Assembly (NCBI GenBank): GCA_963724825.1
Contig: CAVRWT010000008.1
Span: forward strand, 6,893-70,892
Direction: 5' to 3'
DNA from: an uncultured Acidobacteriota bacterium
GTDB lineage: Bacteria; Actinomycetota; Acidimicrobiia; Spongiisociales; ZC4RG35
Length of the DNA stretch: 64,000 nucleotides
Within the stretch, counting starts at the first letter, position 1. Each line of letters starts with the position of its first letter. The notes beneath the pieces are model-generated. The model saw nothing but the letters and a program-made list of their open reading frames with translations. It had not been told where the DNA came from and did not search any database. Position numbers and translations under genes: made by a program. Shown in pieces: positions 55,051 through 64,000 of this stretch.

Positions 55051-55842
55051 ATGCGAGTGCGTTTCGCCGAACTTCACCGGTCGGGCACCTTCCTCATGCC
55101 TAACGCCTGGGACATCGGGTCGGCCAAGATCCTCGAGTCAATGGGATTTCCGGCGATCGCGACCACCAGCTCGGGCTTTGCCGCATCGCTGGGGCGGATG
55201 GACCAGCAGACCACCCTCGATGAACTGGTGGCTCACGTGCGTGCCTTGTCGTCAGCAGTCGAAATCCCGATCAATGTCGATGCCGAGAACGGGTACGCCG
55301 ACGACGCTGAGGGCGTGGCTGCCGCCGTTGCTCGCCTGGCTGATGCGGGAGCATCCGGGTTGTCGATCGAGGATTACGACCCTCGATCTGGCATCTATCC
55401 AATCGAAGTCGCGGTGACCAGGGTCACGGCTGCCGTCGAAGCGGTTAGACCGCACGGTGTCACCCTGACGGCTCGCGCCGAGAACCACCTCTACGACATC
55501 GAGGACATCGAAGACACCATCGGCCGGCTTCAGGCTTTTCGCCAGGCAGGCGCCGATGTGCTGTATGCCCCGGGTCTGACGGAGCCCGATCTCATTGGTC
55601 GAGTGGTTGCAGAGGCAGGAGCACCAGTCAATGTCCTTCTGCTGCCCGGCGGCCCGACTGTCGGCCAGTTGAGCGAGCTGGGAGTGCGCCGGTTGTCGAC
55701 GGGTGGTGCCTTGGCCTTCGCCGCCTATGGGGCACTCGCCTCTGCTGCCGCAGAGCTGGTCACGTCGGGTACCTCGACCTACACAGAGAGGAACCTGTCG
55801 AGCGCCGACCGTAGCGCTGCGTTCGGATTGTCAGATGCGTAG
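55051..55842 (+). CDS. isocitrate lyase / PEP mutase superfamily protein (2-methylisocitrate lyase-like)
   Basis: FLMPNAWDIGSAKILESMGFPAIATTSSG and GLSIED are present. ATG at 55051. The track ORF begins much too early. Confidence 0.85.
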   Translation: MRVRFAELHRSGTFLMPNAWDIGSAKILESMGFPAIATTSSGFAASLGRMDQQTTLDELVAHVRALSSAVEIPINVDAENGYADDAEGVAAAVARLADAGASGLSIEDYDPRSGIYPIEVAVTRVTAAVEAVRPHGVTLTARAENHLYDIEDIEDTIGRLQAFRQAGADVLYAPGLTEPDLIGRVVAEAGAPVNVLLLPGGPTVGQLSELGVRRLSTGGALAFAAYGALASAAAELVTSGTSTYTERNLSSADRSAAFGLSDA

Positions 55843-55881
55843 CTTCGCCGAGCGAGGGAGATCGGAAGGAAGGACTGAGAC

Positions 55882-56124
55882 GTGATCTTTGACTACTTCG
55901 CAGACCTGAATTGGCTGGCCATCCTGGTGGCTGCAGTTGCCTGGTTCGCCTTCAGTGCGGTTTGGTATTCGATCCCTCCGCTGAGCAAGGCCTGGCAAGA
56001 GGCGGCCAAGGTGACTCCCGGCGAAGGCCCGCCCGCTGGCCATGATTCTGATTCCGACCTTCATCGGCTATTTCGTGACCTCGATCGTCATCGCCCTCAT
56101 CGCAACGGCGATCACCGGCGATGA
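55882..56124 (+). CDS. DUF1761 membrane protein, fragment 1
   Basis: GTG start. NWLAILVAAVAWFAFSAVWYS...SKAW is the DUF1761 N-terminus. The text becomes nonsense after about 56030. Confidence 0.7.
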   Translation: MIFDYFADLNWLAILVAAVAWFAFSAVWYSIPPLSKAWQEAAKVTPGEGPPAGHDSDSDLHRLFRDLDRHRPHRNGDHRR

Positions 56125-56320
56125 GCTCGTCGATGGGGTCGCTCTCGGTGTCACCCTGGGTGTCGGATTCGGGATCGTGAGCGCCGTCGTCAACCAGATG
56201 TACGAGCAGAAGGGCAAGGTTCTACTGGTTGATCAACGGGGTGAACGCAGTGATTGCATACACCATCGTTTCGGCGATCGTCACCATCTGGGACTGAGGT
56301 CGATCAGACGAACCTTCTGA
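56042..56320 (+). CDS. DUF1761 membrane protein, fragment 2
   Basis: ILIPTFIGYFVTSIVIALIAT...GVGFGIVSAVVNQMYEQKGK continues the family. The last part again shifts frame (FYWLINGVNAVIAYTIVSAIVTIWD*, stop at 56295-56297). Confidence 0.7.
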   Translation: MILIPTFIGYFVTSIVIALIATAITGDELVDGVALGVTLGVGFGIVSAVVNQMYEQKGKVLLVDQRGERSDCIHHRFGDRHHLGLRSIRRTF

Positions 56321-57185
56321 CGAAGGCGAGGGCAGTGTCGGCAACCTCTCGCCACCCGCTGTCAATGGTCAGCGAGTGCCCTCGATTGGGCATCTCAACG
56401 ATTTCGGTCACTGCGGAGTTGCGTGATTGCTTCTTGAACGAGGCGTTGGCGATGGACCACGGCACCGTGTTGTCCTTCTCACCGGAGATGATCAGGAGTG
56501 GTCCCCGCGCCGCAGCCTTGGTGTCCACCTTCACCTCGGTGCCTGGATTGAGATTCGCAGTGGCTGCCTGGAAGAGCGGTGCGCCGGCACCGGGGACCGC
56601 GTACTTCTCGTAAAGCTCCTTCGCCTCGGTCTCATCGACGACGTTGACGAATCCGTAGCGGAACTGATCGAAGGTCAAGTGCACCGCCCGTTTCCGATTG
56701 GCCGGGTTGCGCAAGACGGGTGACGCAGATTTGAGCGCCGACAGCGGCAGTGGCAACACGCCCCGGAACGGGGCGGGGTCGATGGCGACGGAAGCGGCGG
56801 ACAGGCCGCGCCCCGCCACGATTTGGGTGAGGAGACCACCGAATGAGTGCCCAATCACGGCTGGCTTGACGCTGAGCAGGCGTACCACCTCGGTGTAATG
56901 ATCCGCGATCTGGCCCACCCTCTTGTTGGCAAGGCTTTCTGGATTCGCTCGGGCCTCCTCGACGGTCTCCGGGTCGTCTGGCCAGCCTGGAGTCAGTGTG
57001 GCGAAGCCGGCTTCGTCGAACAGGGAAACCCAGTGATCCCAGCTATTGGGCAACAACCAGAGGCCGTGGATGAAGACGACAGGTGTCTTGCCCGAGTCGT
57101 TGGCGGCGACGACCTGGGCTTGTTCTCGGTCGTTCACCTCGATGGTCCGACTTGGGGGATCAGGATGACGACCCGAAATCGACAT
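56304..57185 (-). CDS. alpha/beta hydrolase
   Basis: VVFIHGLW and the nucleophile elbow IGHSFGG are present. The start at ATG 57185 overlaps the upstream gene by 26 nt, so the start is uncertain. Confidence 0.8.
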   Translation of the reverse strand: MSISGRHPDPPSRTIEVNDREQAQVVAANDSGKTPVVFIHGLWLLPNSWDHWVSLFDEAGFATLTPGWPDDPETVEEARANPESLANKRVGQIADHYTEVVRLLSVKPAVIGHSFGGLLTQIVAGRGLSAASVAIDPAPFRGVLPLPLSALKSASPVLRNPANRKRAVHLTFDQFRYGFVNVVDETEAKELYEKYAVPGAGAPLFQAATANLNPGTEVKVDTKAAARGPLLIISGEKDNTVPWSIANASFKKQSRNSAVTEIVEMPNRGHSLTIDSGWREVADTALAFVRRFV

Positions 57186-57720
57186 CCTTGGTCTCGACCG
57201 TCCCCGCGACCCGACCCGGCGCCTTGTGGTTGGACCAGTACATGTTGGTGTGTGCGATGACCTGGTCTGGCGGCGGAGCCCCCCATTCGGAAAGGTCCTC
57301 GGTCGTGTGAGCGTCACTGACAAGAGTTGCGTCGTAACCCCTGACCAGCGCCCCGTGCAGTGTCGAGCGAACGCACTCGTCGGTTTGGGCGCCGACGACA
57401 ACGAGTCGCCCGATTCCGAGGCCGGACAGGACACTCTCGAGAGTGGTTTCTTCGAACGAGTCGGCATAGTGCTTCTCGACCAGCGGCTCGGTGTCGCTTG
57501 GATCGAGCTCGGGGACGATCAGCCAGTCGTCGCTTCCCCTCTCCAACCCTTCGTCTGAGTGTTGGACCCAGACCACCGGGACCTGCTCCGTGCGCGCCTT
57601 ATCCACCAGGCTGCCGACATTGGCGACGACATCATCTCGTTGGTGAGCCCCCGCGACGACGCCGTTTTGCACGTCGATGACGAGGAGCGCGGTGTTCGGC
57701 CTGTTCTCGAGTGTGCTCAT
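57160..57720 (-). CDS. isochorismatase-family cysteine hydrolase
   Basis: ALLVIDVQNG and the catalytic Cys context VVVGAQTDECV are present. Confidence 0.85.
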   Translation of the reverse strand: MSTLENRPNTALLVIDVQNGVVAGAHQRDDVVANVGSLVDKARTEQVPVVWVQHSDEGLERGSDDWLIVPELDPSDTEPLVEKHYADSFEETTLESVLSGLGIGRLVVVGAQTDECVRSTLHGALVRGYDATLVSDAHTTEDLSEWGAPPPDQVIAHTNMYWSNHKAPGRVAGTVETKDVDFGSSS

Positions 57721-57809
57721 GGTTTCCCCTTGCTCATGCTGGGCTCCGGTGAGCACCCACGGTAGACCCGTCCAGCGCGAGGGGTCATCGGGGAAGTTGC
57801 GGGGAACGT

Positions 57810-58202
57810 CTAGGCGACTGCTGCCGACGGCTCGGGATGGAGCTCGTATCGGCTTCGAATGTGAAAGCGCTCATCGGCCGCGAACGCCCGGGACGCAGCT
57901 GCCTCTTCGTCGACGTGAGGGGCGTGGGTGACCGGTGTGAACCGCTCCAACCAGTCCGCTACAGGTTCGTGGATCGGCCCCGGCTCCTCGACGTGATCGG
58001 CGGGACGGGCAAACCATCTCCTGTGCACCGGCCCTGAGAGAGCCTCGGGAAAGCTGAAGCTGAGGTGTCCGCACGCCTCGCAGACGATCCGCTCGACTCC
58101 AGCCGTGATGGTGGTCAGTGTCTCCGAGTGCGGGCATACCTTGGCCACTTGTCGCTTGGTAACCACTGCGACGTGGATGCCTCCCATAGCAATCTCCGCC
58201 AT
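57810..58202 (-). CDS. hypothetical protein with a putative Cys4-type zinc ribbon
   Basis: ATG ORF of 130 aa with CPH...CEACGH. No family recognised. Confidence 0.4.
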   Translation of the reverse strand: MAEIAMGGIHVAVVTKRQVAKVCPHSETLTTITAGVERIVCEACGHLSFSFPEALSGPVHRRWFARPADHVEEPGPIHEPVADWLERFTPVTHAPHVDEEAAASRAFAADERFHIRSRYELHPEPSAAVA

Positions 58203-58293
58203 AGCATGAGGTTTATCGAAACCGACGGCAATCCACTATGGGTCATAAGACCCAATGCTGTGGATAAGTCGGTCAGCGGTTGTCGACAGATGG

Positions 58294-60594
58294 TTAGGAA
58301 GTCAGCGCTGCCGCCAGCACATCGTCGACGGTGTCTGCGATGTGGAAGGTCAGGGCTTCGCTGACCAAATCTGGCACGTCATCGAGATCGATTTCGTTGC
58401 GTCGGGGGACGATGACCTCCTTGAGCCCGGCGCGATGGGCGGCCAGGACCTTCTGCTTCACCCCGCCGATCGGGAGCACTTTGCCCTGAAGGGTGATCTC
58501 ACCGGTCATCCCGACCGTGTCCTTCACCTTCCGACCGGTAAGGAGGGAAACCAGTGCGGTGAGCATGGTCACCCCGGCCGATGGGCCGTCCTTGGGAATG
58601 GCGCCCGCCGGGACGTGGACATGGAAGCGCCGCTTGAGGAGCGCAGGGTCTATACCGAGGTCCTCGGCGTGGGCTTGCACGTAGGACAAGGCGATCTGGG
58701 CCGACTCCTTCATGACATCGCCGAGTTGCCCGGTCAGCGTGAGACCCGGCTCCCCATCCATTGCGGTGGCTTCGATGAACAGCACGTCTCCACCGGCTCC
58801 AGTGACCGCCAGACCGGTGGCCACGCCTGGGATGTCGGTTCGATCTGACGCCTCGTCCTTCCATACCTTGGGCTTGCCCAGGTATTCGCGCACCTGTGGC
58901 TCATCGACCACTATCGGATCGGACTCGGTCTCGGCTCGCTTGGCGACTTCGGTCGCCACCTTGCGCGACAGCTTGCCCAGTTCACGCTCCAGGTTGCGCA
59001 CGCCCGCCTCTCGCGTGTATCGATCGACGATGGCGGCGAGGGCGGGCTCGGTCACCTCCAACTCCTCCGGCTCCAGGCCTGCGGCCCGAAGCTGACGGGG
59101 GAGAAGGTGATCGCGTGCGATCTCCACCTTCTCGACATCCGTGTATCCGTCGAGGGTGATCACCTCAGTCCGGTCGAGGAGGGGACCAGGGATGGTTTCG
59201 ATCACATTGGCGGTGGCGATGAACAGCACGTCGGAGAGATCGAGGTCGACCTCCAGGTAGTTGTCCCGGAACGTGTGGTTCTGGGCCGGGTCCAACACCT
59301 CGAGCAACGCCGACGATGGGTCTCCCCGCCAGTCGTTGCCCACTTTGTCCATCTCGTCGAGGAGAAAGACGGGGTTCATGGTCCCCGCCTCGGTGAGGGC
59401 ACGTGCGATTCGCCCGGGGCGGGCGCCGACATAGGTGCGGCGATGACCCCGGATCTCGGCCTCGTCTCGCACGCCGCCGAGGGCCACCCGGATGAACTTG
59501 CGGCCGAGGGCGCGAGCCACCGACTCGCCAAGCGAGGTCTTGCCGACCCCGGGTGGGCCAACGAGGAGGAGGATGGCGCCGACGCTCCGCTCGCCCTCGT
59601 CGGAGAGCCCGCGTTCGGAACGAAGCTTGCGCACCGCGAGATGCTCGATGATCCGCTCTTTCACGTCTTCCAGCCCGGTGTGGTCGGCGTCGAGAACTGT
59701 CCACGCCTCTTCGAGGTCCAGGCGGTCGTCGGAGCGCACCCCCCAGGGCAGGTCGAACATGGTGTCGAGCCAGGTCCTGATCCAGGAGTGCTCGGGTGAC
59801 TGCTCGCTCATCCGCTCCAGACGGTCGATCTCGCGTTCGATCGACTCCCGGACCTTGTCGGGCAGTTCACGAGCGGCGAGCTTCTCCCGGTACTCGGAGG
59901 TGACATCGCCGTCCTCGCCCAGTTCCTTGCGGATTGCCTCCATCTGTTGACGAAGGATGTAGTCCTTCTGGCCCTTCTCGATCCGCTCAGTGGCGTCCTC
60001 GCGCACCTTGCGGCGAAGCTCGAGGTCGGCGAGGAGCTCACGCATCCACACCAGGAGCATTCCGAGCCGGCGCCGGATGTCGAGTGCCTCGAGGACCTCG
60101 ACCTTCTGCTCCAGGGAGAGGTCGGGGGAGTAAACGGCGAGGTCGGCAAGCTGAGAAGGGTTGTCGACGGCAAGCAGACGCTCGGCGACCCCTGCCATCC
60201 CGCGGTTCTCGAGGACGGCGCTGACCACGGCGCGATACTCGGCGATCAGGTCCTCCAGGTCATCGTCCATCATGTCGATTTCGGGATAGGCCTCTGCTTC
60301 GACCCAGAGGGCACCGCTTTCGTCCACCGATCCGGCGCCCACACGGGCCCGGGACAGCCCTGAGACCACGACGCTTCCGTCGTCGTCGGATTGGATCTCG
60401 GCAATGGTGCCGACTGTCGAATAGCGACCTTCGAGTTTGGGGACCAACAGCAAGCGCCCGTCACTGCGGGAGGCAGCAGCGAGGGCGGTCTTGCCCTCTT
60501 CGGTCTCCACCCGGATGGTGACCACCATGTGGGGGAACACCACGCCGTTGTGGAGGGGGAGGACGGGAAGGGTCAGTTGGGCTGTATCAGGCAT
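58294..60594 (-). CDS. lon: ATP-dependent Lon protease (endopeptidase La)
   Basis: There is a LON N-domain. Walker A is GPPGVGKTSLG. The catalytic Ser lies in PKDGPSAGVTM, and a Lys lies downstream. Confidence 0.95.
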   Translation of the reverse strand: MPDTAQLTLPVLPLHNGVVFPHMVVTIRVETEEGKTALAAASRSDGRLLLVPKLEGRYSTVGTIAEIQSDDDGSVVVSGLSRARVGAGSVDESGALWVEAEAYPEIDMMDDDLEDLIAEYRAVVSAVLENRGMAGVAERLLAVDNPSQLADLAVYSPDLSLEQKVEVLEALDIRRRLGMLLVWMRELLADLELRRKVREDATERIEKGQKDYILRQQMEAIRKELGEDGDVTSEYREKLAARELPDKVRESIEREIDRLERMSEQSPEHSWIRTWLDTMFDLPWGVRSDDRLDLEEAWTVLDADHTGLEDVKERIIEHLAVRKLRSERGLSDEGERSVGAILLLVGPPGVGKTSLGESVARALGRKFIRVALGGVRDEAEIRGHRRTYVGARPGRIARALTEAGTMNPVFLLDEMDKVGNDWRGDPSSALLEVLDPAQNHTFRDNYLEVDLDLSDVLFIATANVIETIPGPLLDRTEVITLDGYTDVEKVEIARDHLLPRQLRAAGLEPEELEVTEPALAAIVDRYTREAGVRNLERELGKLSRKVATEVAKRAETESDPIVVDEPQVREYLGKPKVWKDEASDRTDIPGVATGLAVTGAGGDVLFIEATAMDGEPGLTLTGQLGDVMKESAQIALSYVQAHAEDLGIDPALLKRRFHVHVPAGAIPKDGPSAGVTMLTALVSLLTGRKVKDTVGMTGEITLQGKVLPIGGVKQKVLAAHRAGLKEVIVPRRNEIDLDDVPDLVSEALTFHIADTVDDVLAAALTS

Positions 60595-60727
60595 TGGGGG
60601 CCAATTTCCTTATTCGAGTAAAGGGTGGACAGGCCTGTTCCAACCACGTCCGACCAGCCCTATTCCAGGATCTGAGTCTTGATCGCTCAGGTTTGCTGGT
60701 CCTGAGTTCGCGAAGGTCTGAGACGCG

Positions 60728-61027
60728 TCACTCCCGCTTCATCACAGCGAGGGCTTCCATCTCCAGGTCGATGTACTGATCCCCGGAGACGTCGACTATC
60801 GCCTCCTTGATGGTGCCGCCGGTGAACGCATAGGGATGCGACCCGCTGTAGTCGGAGGTCACCGGCTCGCCACCGTCCTTGCCCACGTTCAGCCCCTCAC
60901 CGACGAGGGAGAAATTGCCGGGCTGGGTCATGATCTTTCCCTCCCCGACCTTCTCGTCGTCGATGAACAGCGACAGCGTCCCCGGTGGTTGGCATAGCGT
61001 CGCCTTCCTTCTCGAAGGATGCCCCAA
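60728..61027 (-). CDS. arylsulfatase, C-terminal fragment
   Basis: GTLSLFIDDEKVGEGKI...AFTGGTIKEAIVDVSGD continues the sulfatase C-terminal beta domain. It is displaced by one base from the main ORF. Confidence 0.75.
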   Translation of the reverse strand: MGHPSRRKATLCQPPGTLSLFIDDEKVGEGKIMTQPGNFSLVGEGLNVGKDGGEPVTSDYSGSHPYAFTGGTIKEAIVDVSGDQYIDLEMEALAVMKRE

Positions 61028-63071
61028 AGATCACATTCCCGGTCGGGATCTCCTTGGTGGACTCGATGATCTGCTCCTTGGAGCCGACGAAGTTGTAGAC
61101 GTACTTGAGCTTGCGGTCCTTGATGTACAAAGAATGCCCTCCGAAACGGGCCCCATGGGAGAAGAGCACACCCGAGGCATCCTCGGAGTCGACGGTGGTC
61201 TCGACCGCAATCGAATAGCTGCGATTGCGGATGTTGACTGCTGCCGTCTCCGGCACCTCTGCCGTACCCGGGTAGTAGACGTACCTGTCGCGAGGGGGTG
61301 CCACCTGGGGACGCGTCGGATCGGCCAGTACCTCGACTGCGGTCTTGTCCATGAGTGGCAGACCGTTGTAGAGACCGGCGGCATGGAACCAGAGATTGAT
61401 CATCTCCTGGACCTTCGCCGGGTTCTCCGGAGCCAGGTCGTTCATCTCGGTGCGGTCCTTCTCTGTGTCGTAGAGCTCCCACCGGTCCTCGTCGAAATGG
61501 CCCCACCCTGAGATGGTGGGATGGACCGAGACCGCCTTCCAACCCTTGTGCCAGATGGCTCGCGATCCGAGCATGGAGAAGAACCCGGTCTCCTTCGGCG
61601 TAGGGGCGTCGGCGTCGTCGAACGTGGAGCGGATGCTCACCCCTTCGAGTGGGATTTGTAGGAAGCCTTTGACCTCCTCGGGCAGTTCGATCCCCAGGCA
61701 GTCGTACATGGTGGGCACGATGTCGGTGGCGTGGCAGAACTGGTCGCGGACTTCGCCGCGGGACTTGATCCCATTGGGCCAGGAGATCACCATCGCGTCG
61801 GCGACCCCGCCCTCGAAGTTGTACCGCTTCCACATCTTGAACGGGGTGTTGAACGCCCAGGCCCAGCCCACCGGGTAGTGGTTGTAAGTCGCGGTCGATC
61901 CCAACTGATCGAGGTACTGGAGGTTCTCCTCCATCGTGTCGGGGATCCCGTTGAAGAACTTGTTCTCGTTGACCGACCCATTGGGTCCACCCTCGCCGCT
62001 GGCGCCGTTGTCGGAGACCAGCACCACGATGGTGTTCTCCAACTGACCCGATTCCTCGAGGTAGTCGAGCAGGCGCCCGATCTCGTGATCGGTGTGACTC
62101 AGGAAGCCGGCGTAGACCTCTGCCATGCGGCAGAACAACGCCTTCTCATCGTCTGACAATGAATCCCAGGGGCGGACGACATCCACCGGGTTCCAGGGCT
62201 TACCGTCGACGCTCGTCTCCTCGGCATAGGGATTGAGCGGGGAGAGGACCGCGTCCTGGGGCATGACCCCCATCTTCTTCTGATTCTCGAAGACGACCTC
62301 TCGGTACGCCTCATAACCCATGTCGAACTTGCCCCTGTACTTCTCGATCCACTCCTTGGGCGCGTGATGCGGAGCATGGGTTGCCCCCGGGCAGAAGTAC
62401 ATGAAGAACGGCTTATCGGGGGCGATGGTCTTGGCGTCCTTGATGAACTCGATCGCCTTGTCGGTGAGGTCGACGGTCAGGTGGTACCCGTCCTCCGGAA
62501 GAGATGGCTGCTCCACCGGGTGGTTGTCGTAGACCAGGTCCGGGTACCACTGGTTGGTCTCGCCTCCCAGGAAGCCGTAATAGCGCTCGAAACCCCGACC
62601 GACAGGCCAGTTTCTCTTGGTCGAGGCCATGTTCATCTCATCGGCCGCTACGAGGTGCCACTTGCCGAGCATGTAGGTGTTCCAACCCTGGTCGCCGAGG
62701 ACCTCGGCGATGGTGGCGCTTTCGAAGGGGATGTGGCCATTGGCGTTGGGGAACCCGGTGGTCGCCTCGGCGATACACGCCATCCCGTTTGTGGTGTGGT
62801 TGCGGCCGGTGAGCAGTGAGGAGCGGGTCGGCGAACACAGCGCGGTGGTGTGCCAGTTGGTGTAAGTGAGTCCGCTGGCGGCCAACCGGTTGATGTTCGG
62901 CGTTTCGATCAACCCACCCCAGGGCTCCATTGCCGAGAAGCCGACATCATCGAGAACGATGTAGAGAACGCTCGGCGAGCCGGGAGGTGCAACCGGCTGG
63001 AGATAAGGCTCCCAGTCCGGGATCGAGTCCCGATCGTCGATATTGATAACGCCTTTGAACGTCTTGCTCAT
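60897..63071 (-). CDS. arylsulfatase (formylglycine-dependent, Cys type)
   Basis: TALCSPTRSSLLTGRN carries the C-x-P-x-R signature. VLDDVGF, GKWH and DNG blocks are present. The last approximately 30 codons are out of frame. Confidence 0.9.
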   Translation of the reverse strand: MSKTFKGVINIDDRDSIPDWEPYLQPVAPPGSPSVLYIVLDDVGFSAMEPWGGLIETPNINRLAASGLTYTNWHTTALCSPTRSSLLTGRNHTTNGMACIAEATTGFPNANGHIPFESATIAEVLGDQGWNTYMLGKWHLVAADEMNMASTKRNWPVGRGFERYYGFLGGETNQWYPDLVYDNHPVEQPSLPEDGYHLTVDLTDKAIEFIKDAKTIAPDKPFFMYFCPGATHAPHHAPKEWIEKYRGKFDMGYEAYREVVFENQKKMGVMPQDAVLSPLNPYAEETSVDGKPWNPVDVVRPWDSLSDDEKALFCRMAEVYAGFLSHTDHEIGRLLDYLEESGQLENTIVVLVSDNGASGEGGPNGSVNENKFFNGIPDTMEENLQYLDQLGSTATYNHYPVGWAWAFNTPFKMWKRYNFEGGVADAMVISWPNGIKSRGEVRDQFCHATDIVPTMYDCLGIELPEEVKGFLQIPLEGVSIRSTFDDADAPTPKETGFFSMLGSRAIWHKGWKAVSVHPTISGWGHFDEDRWELYDTEKDRTEMNDLAPENPAKVQEMINLWFHAAGLYNGLPLMDKTAVEVLADPTRPQVAPPRDRYVYYPGTAEVPETAAVNIRNRSYSIAVETTVDSEDASGVLFSHGARFGGHSLYIKDRKLKYVYNFVGSKEQIIESTKEIPTGNVIFGASFEKEGDAMPTTGDAVAVHRRREGRGGKDHDPARQFLPRR

Positions 63072-63268
63072 CGTGAGCTTCCTTTCGGACTAGAACCCCA
63101 ACATGAAGCGGCTGAAAAGATTGATCGGCCGGCCGTCCGCGACAACCCTACGCGACTGTGAAGGGGTCTCGAACAGAGCCCGCGGCGTAGCATCGATTCA
63201 TCCGCGTAGGATCGCCCGCGGGCGGCTATCGCCGCCAAAGTGTGGCCCGATTCCGGAAAGGAACCACC

Positions 63269-64000
63269 GTGATCGATGGAATCCACTTCGCCAACAGCGT
63301 CAGCGTTGGCGAGTTCGTATGGACGGGCGACTTCACCACGGTCGACCTGATAGCGGCCAGCACCAATGCCCTCAATGGTGCGCTCCTTGCCCGGCGGCCC
63401 GACCACTACAAGCAATTCACCGTTGTCGGCATCATCCTGATGGCGATTCTCGGCGGTCTCGGTGGTGGCATCATCCGGGACATGCTGGTCGGCGAGGTGC
63501 CATCGGCACTCACCAATCCGGCATACATAGTCCTCGCCGTCAGCTTCGGCTTCGTTGGATACCGAGTCGCATATGCCGGCGGCCAACTGTTCCGTGAGGG
63601 GATCTTCTCGTTCATGACCGCCTTCTCCCTCCCCTGGTATGCAATCGTCGGCGCCCAGAAAGGAGTGAGCGTCGGTCTGCCAGTGCTGGGTTGCCTCTTC
63701 CTGGCGGTGGTCGGCCCTACCGCCGGGCGCTATTTGATCGACGTGACTAGCGGAGTCACTCCGAAGCAATTCATTCGTGGCGAATGGTTCGTAGGAACGG
63801 CGGTGCTCACCGGTGCTGTCTGGATATTGATCTACGGGGCCGGCGGGAGCACCTGGTGGGCGATGGGTGCCGCATTCGTCGTTGGCTTCACGTTTCGTGT
63901 CGTTGCCCTGTACAGGGACTGGGAGGAGACAATGCCGGTCGAGCCTGCTGGAGTCGTGATCCACCCTGAGAATCGCCCTCTCCTGGGACGCAAGCTGCAC
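63269..64000 (+). CDS. TRIC/UPF0126 (YadS-like) membrane protein; the 3' end runs to the window edge
   Basis: This gene is not in the ORF track because no stop lies inside the window. My own translation from GTG 63269 gives a TM-rich protein with the LGGLGGGIIRDMLVG motif. The start could also be GTG 63242. Confidence 0.7.
   Translation, partial: MIDGIHFANSVSVGEFVWTGDFTTVDLIAASTNALNGALLARRPDHYKQFTVVGIILMAILGGLGGGIIRDMLVGEVPSALTNPAYIVLAVSFGFVGYRVAYAGGQLFREGIFSFMTAFSLPWYAIVGAQKGVSVGLPVLGCLFLAVVGPTAGRYLIDVTSGVTPKQFIRGEWFVGTAVLTGAVWILIYGAGGSTWWAMGAAFVVGFTFRVVALYRDWEETMPVEPAGVVIHPENRPLLGRKLH

Noticed and set aside
63072-63268. A possible riboswitch (for example glycine) upstream of the TRIC/UPF0126 gene.
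   Set aside because: Some short inverted repeats are present. None of the conserved glycine-riboswitch blocks that I remember (GGAGAG...ACCGAAGG) is there.
63068-64000. A 310-aa minus-strand ORF at the right edge of the window.
   Set aside because: Its product is Arg/Gly/Asp-rich nonsense. My own translation of the + strand from 63269 gives a clean TM-rich TRIC/UPF0126 protein. The track misses that gene only because it has no stop inside the window.

Overview
This is a high-GC segment, roughly two-thirds G+C by eye (not computed), with an actinobacterial gene repertoire: F420-dependent LLM oxidoreductase, WS/DGAT, LigD, LAL-type regulators and a MoxR-DUF58-VWA operon. About 60 densely packed protein-coding genes lie on both strands. 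I found no rRNA, tRNA, CRISPR array, transposase or integrase.

Main blocks:
- A split LAL (AAA + LuxR) regulator.
- A co-directional ABC transporter, two-component system and MgtA string.
- PadR and a membrane protein, followed by a fluoride riboswitch and crcB.
- An orphan contractile-tail sheath gene.
- LigD split into a PE+ligase gene and a distant polymerase gene.
- A DUF2235 (Tle1-like) hydrolase followed by a small ORF.
- An ArsR-SRPBCC pair.
- An OmpR-type two-component system, an HtrA-like protease and MoxR-DUF58-VWA in one string.
- Two class III nucleotide cyclase fusion proteins.
- WS/DGAT.
- Pyruvate:ferredoxin oxidoreductase translationally coupled to a DHOD-like gene.
- DinB with an SOS box.
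- An ECF sigma factor with a fused C-terminal domain.
- Lon.
- An arylsulfatase.

The strongest sequence-level observations:
1. Eleven conserved genes are each interrupted by what looks like one surplus nucleotide, always the same polarity. This suggests an insertion-biased assembly error more than decay.
2. The sheath gene stands alone. A contractile-injection baseplate-like N-terminal motif occurs 7 kb away, next to the DUF2235 gene.
3. A 61-nt double-hairpin intergenic element occurs twice at 58/61 identity.
4. There is a clear fluoride riboswitch, a LexA box on dinB and several operator-like repeats.

I cannot point to one clearly novel multi-gene system. The sheath / DUF2235 / baseplate-motif observations are the best candidates. 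All family assignments come from motif recognition and memory, not from searches.
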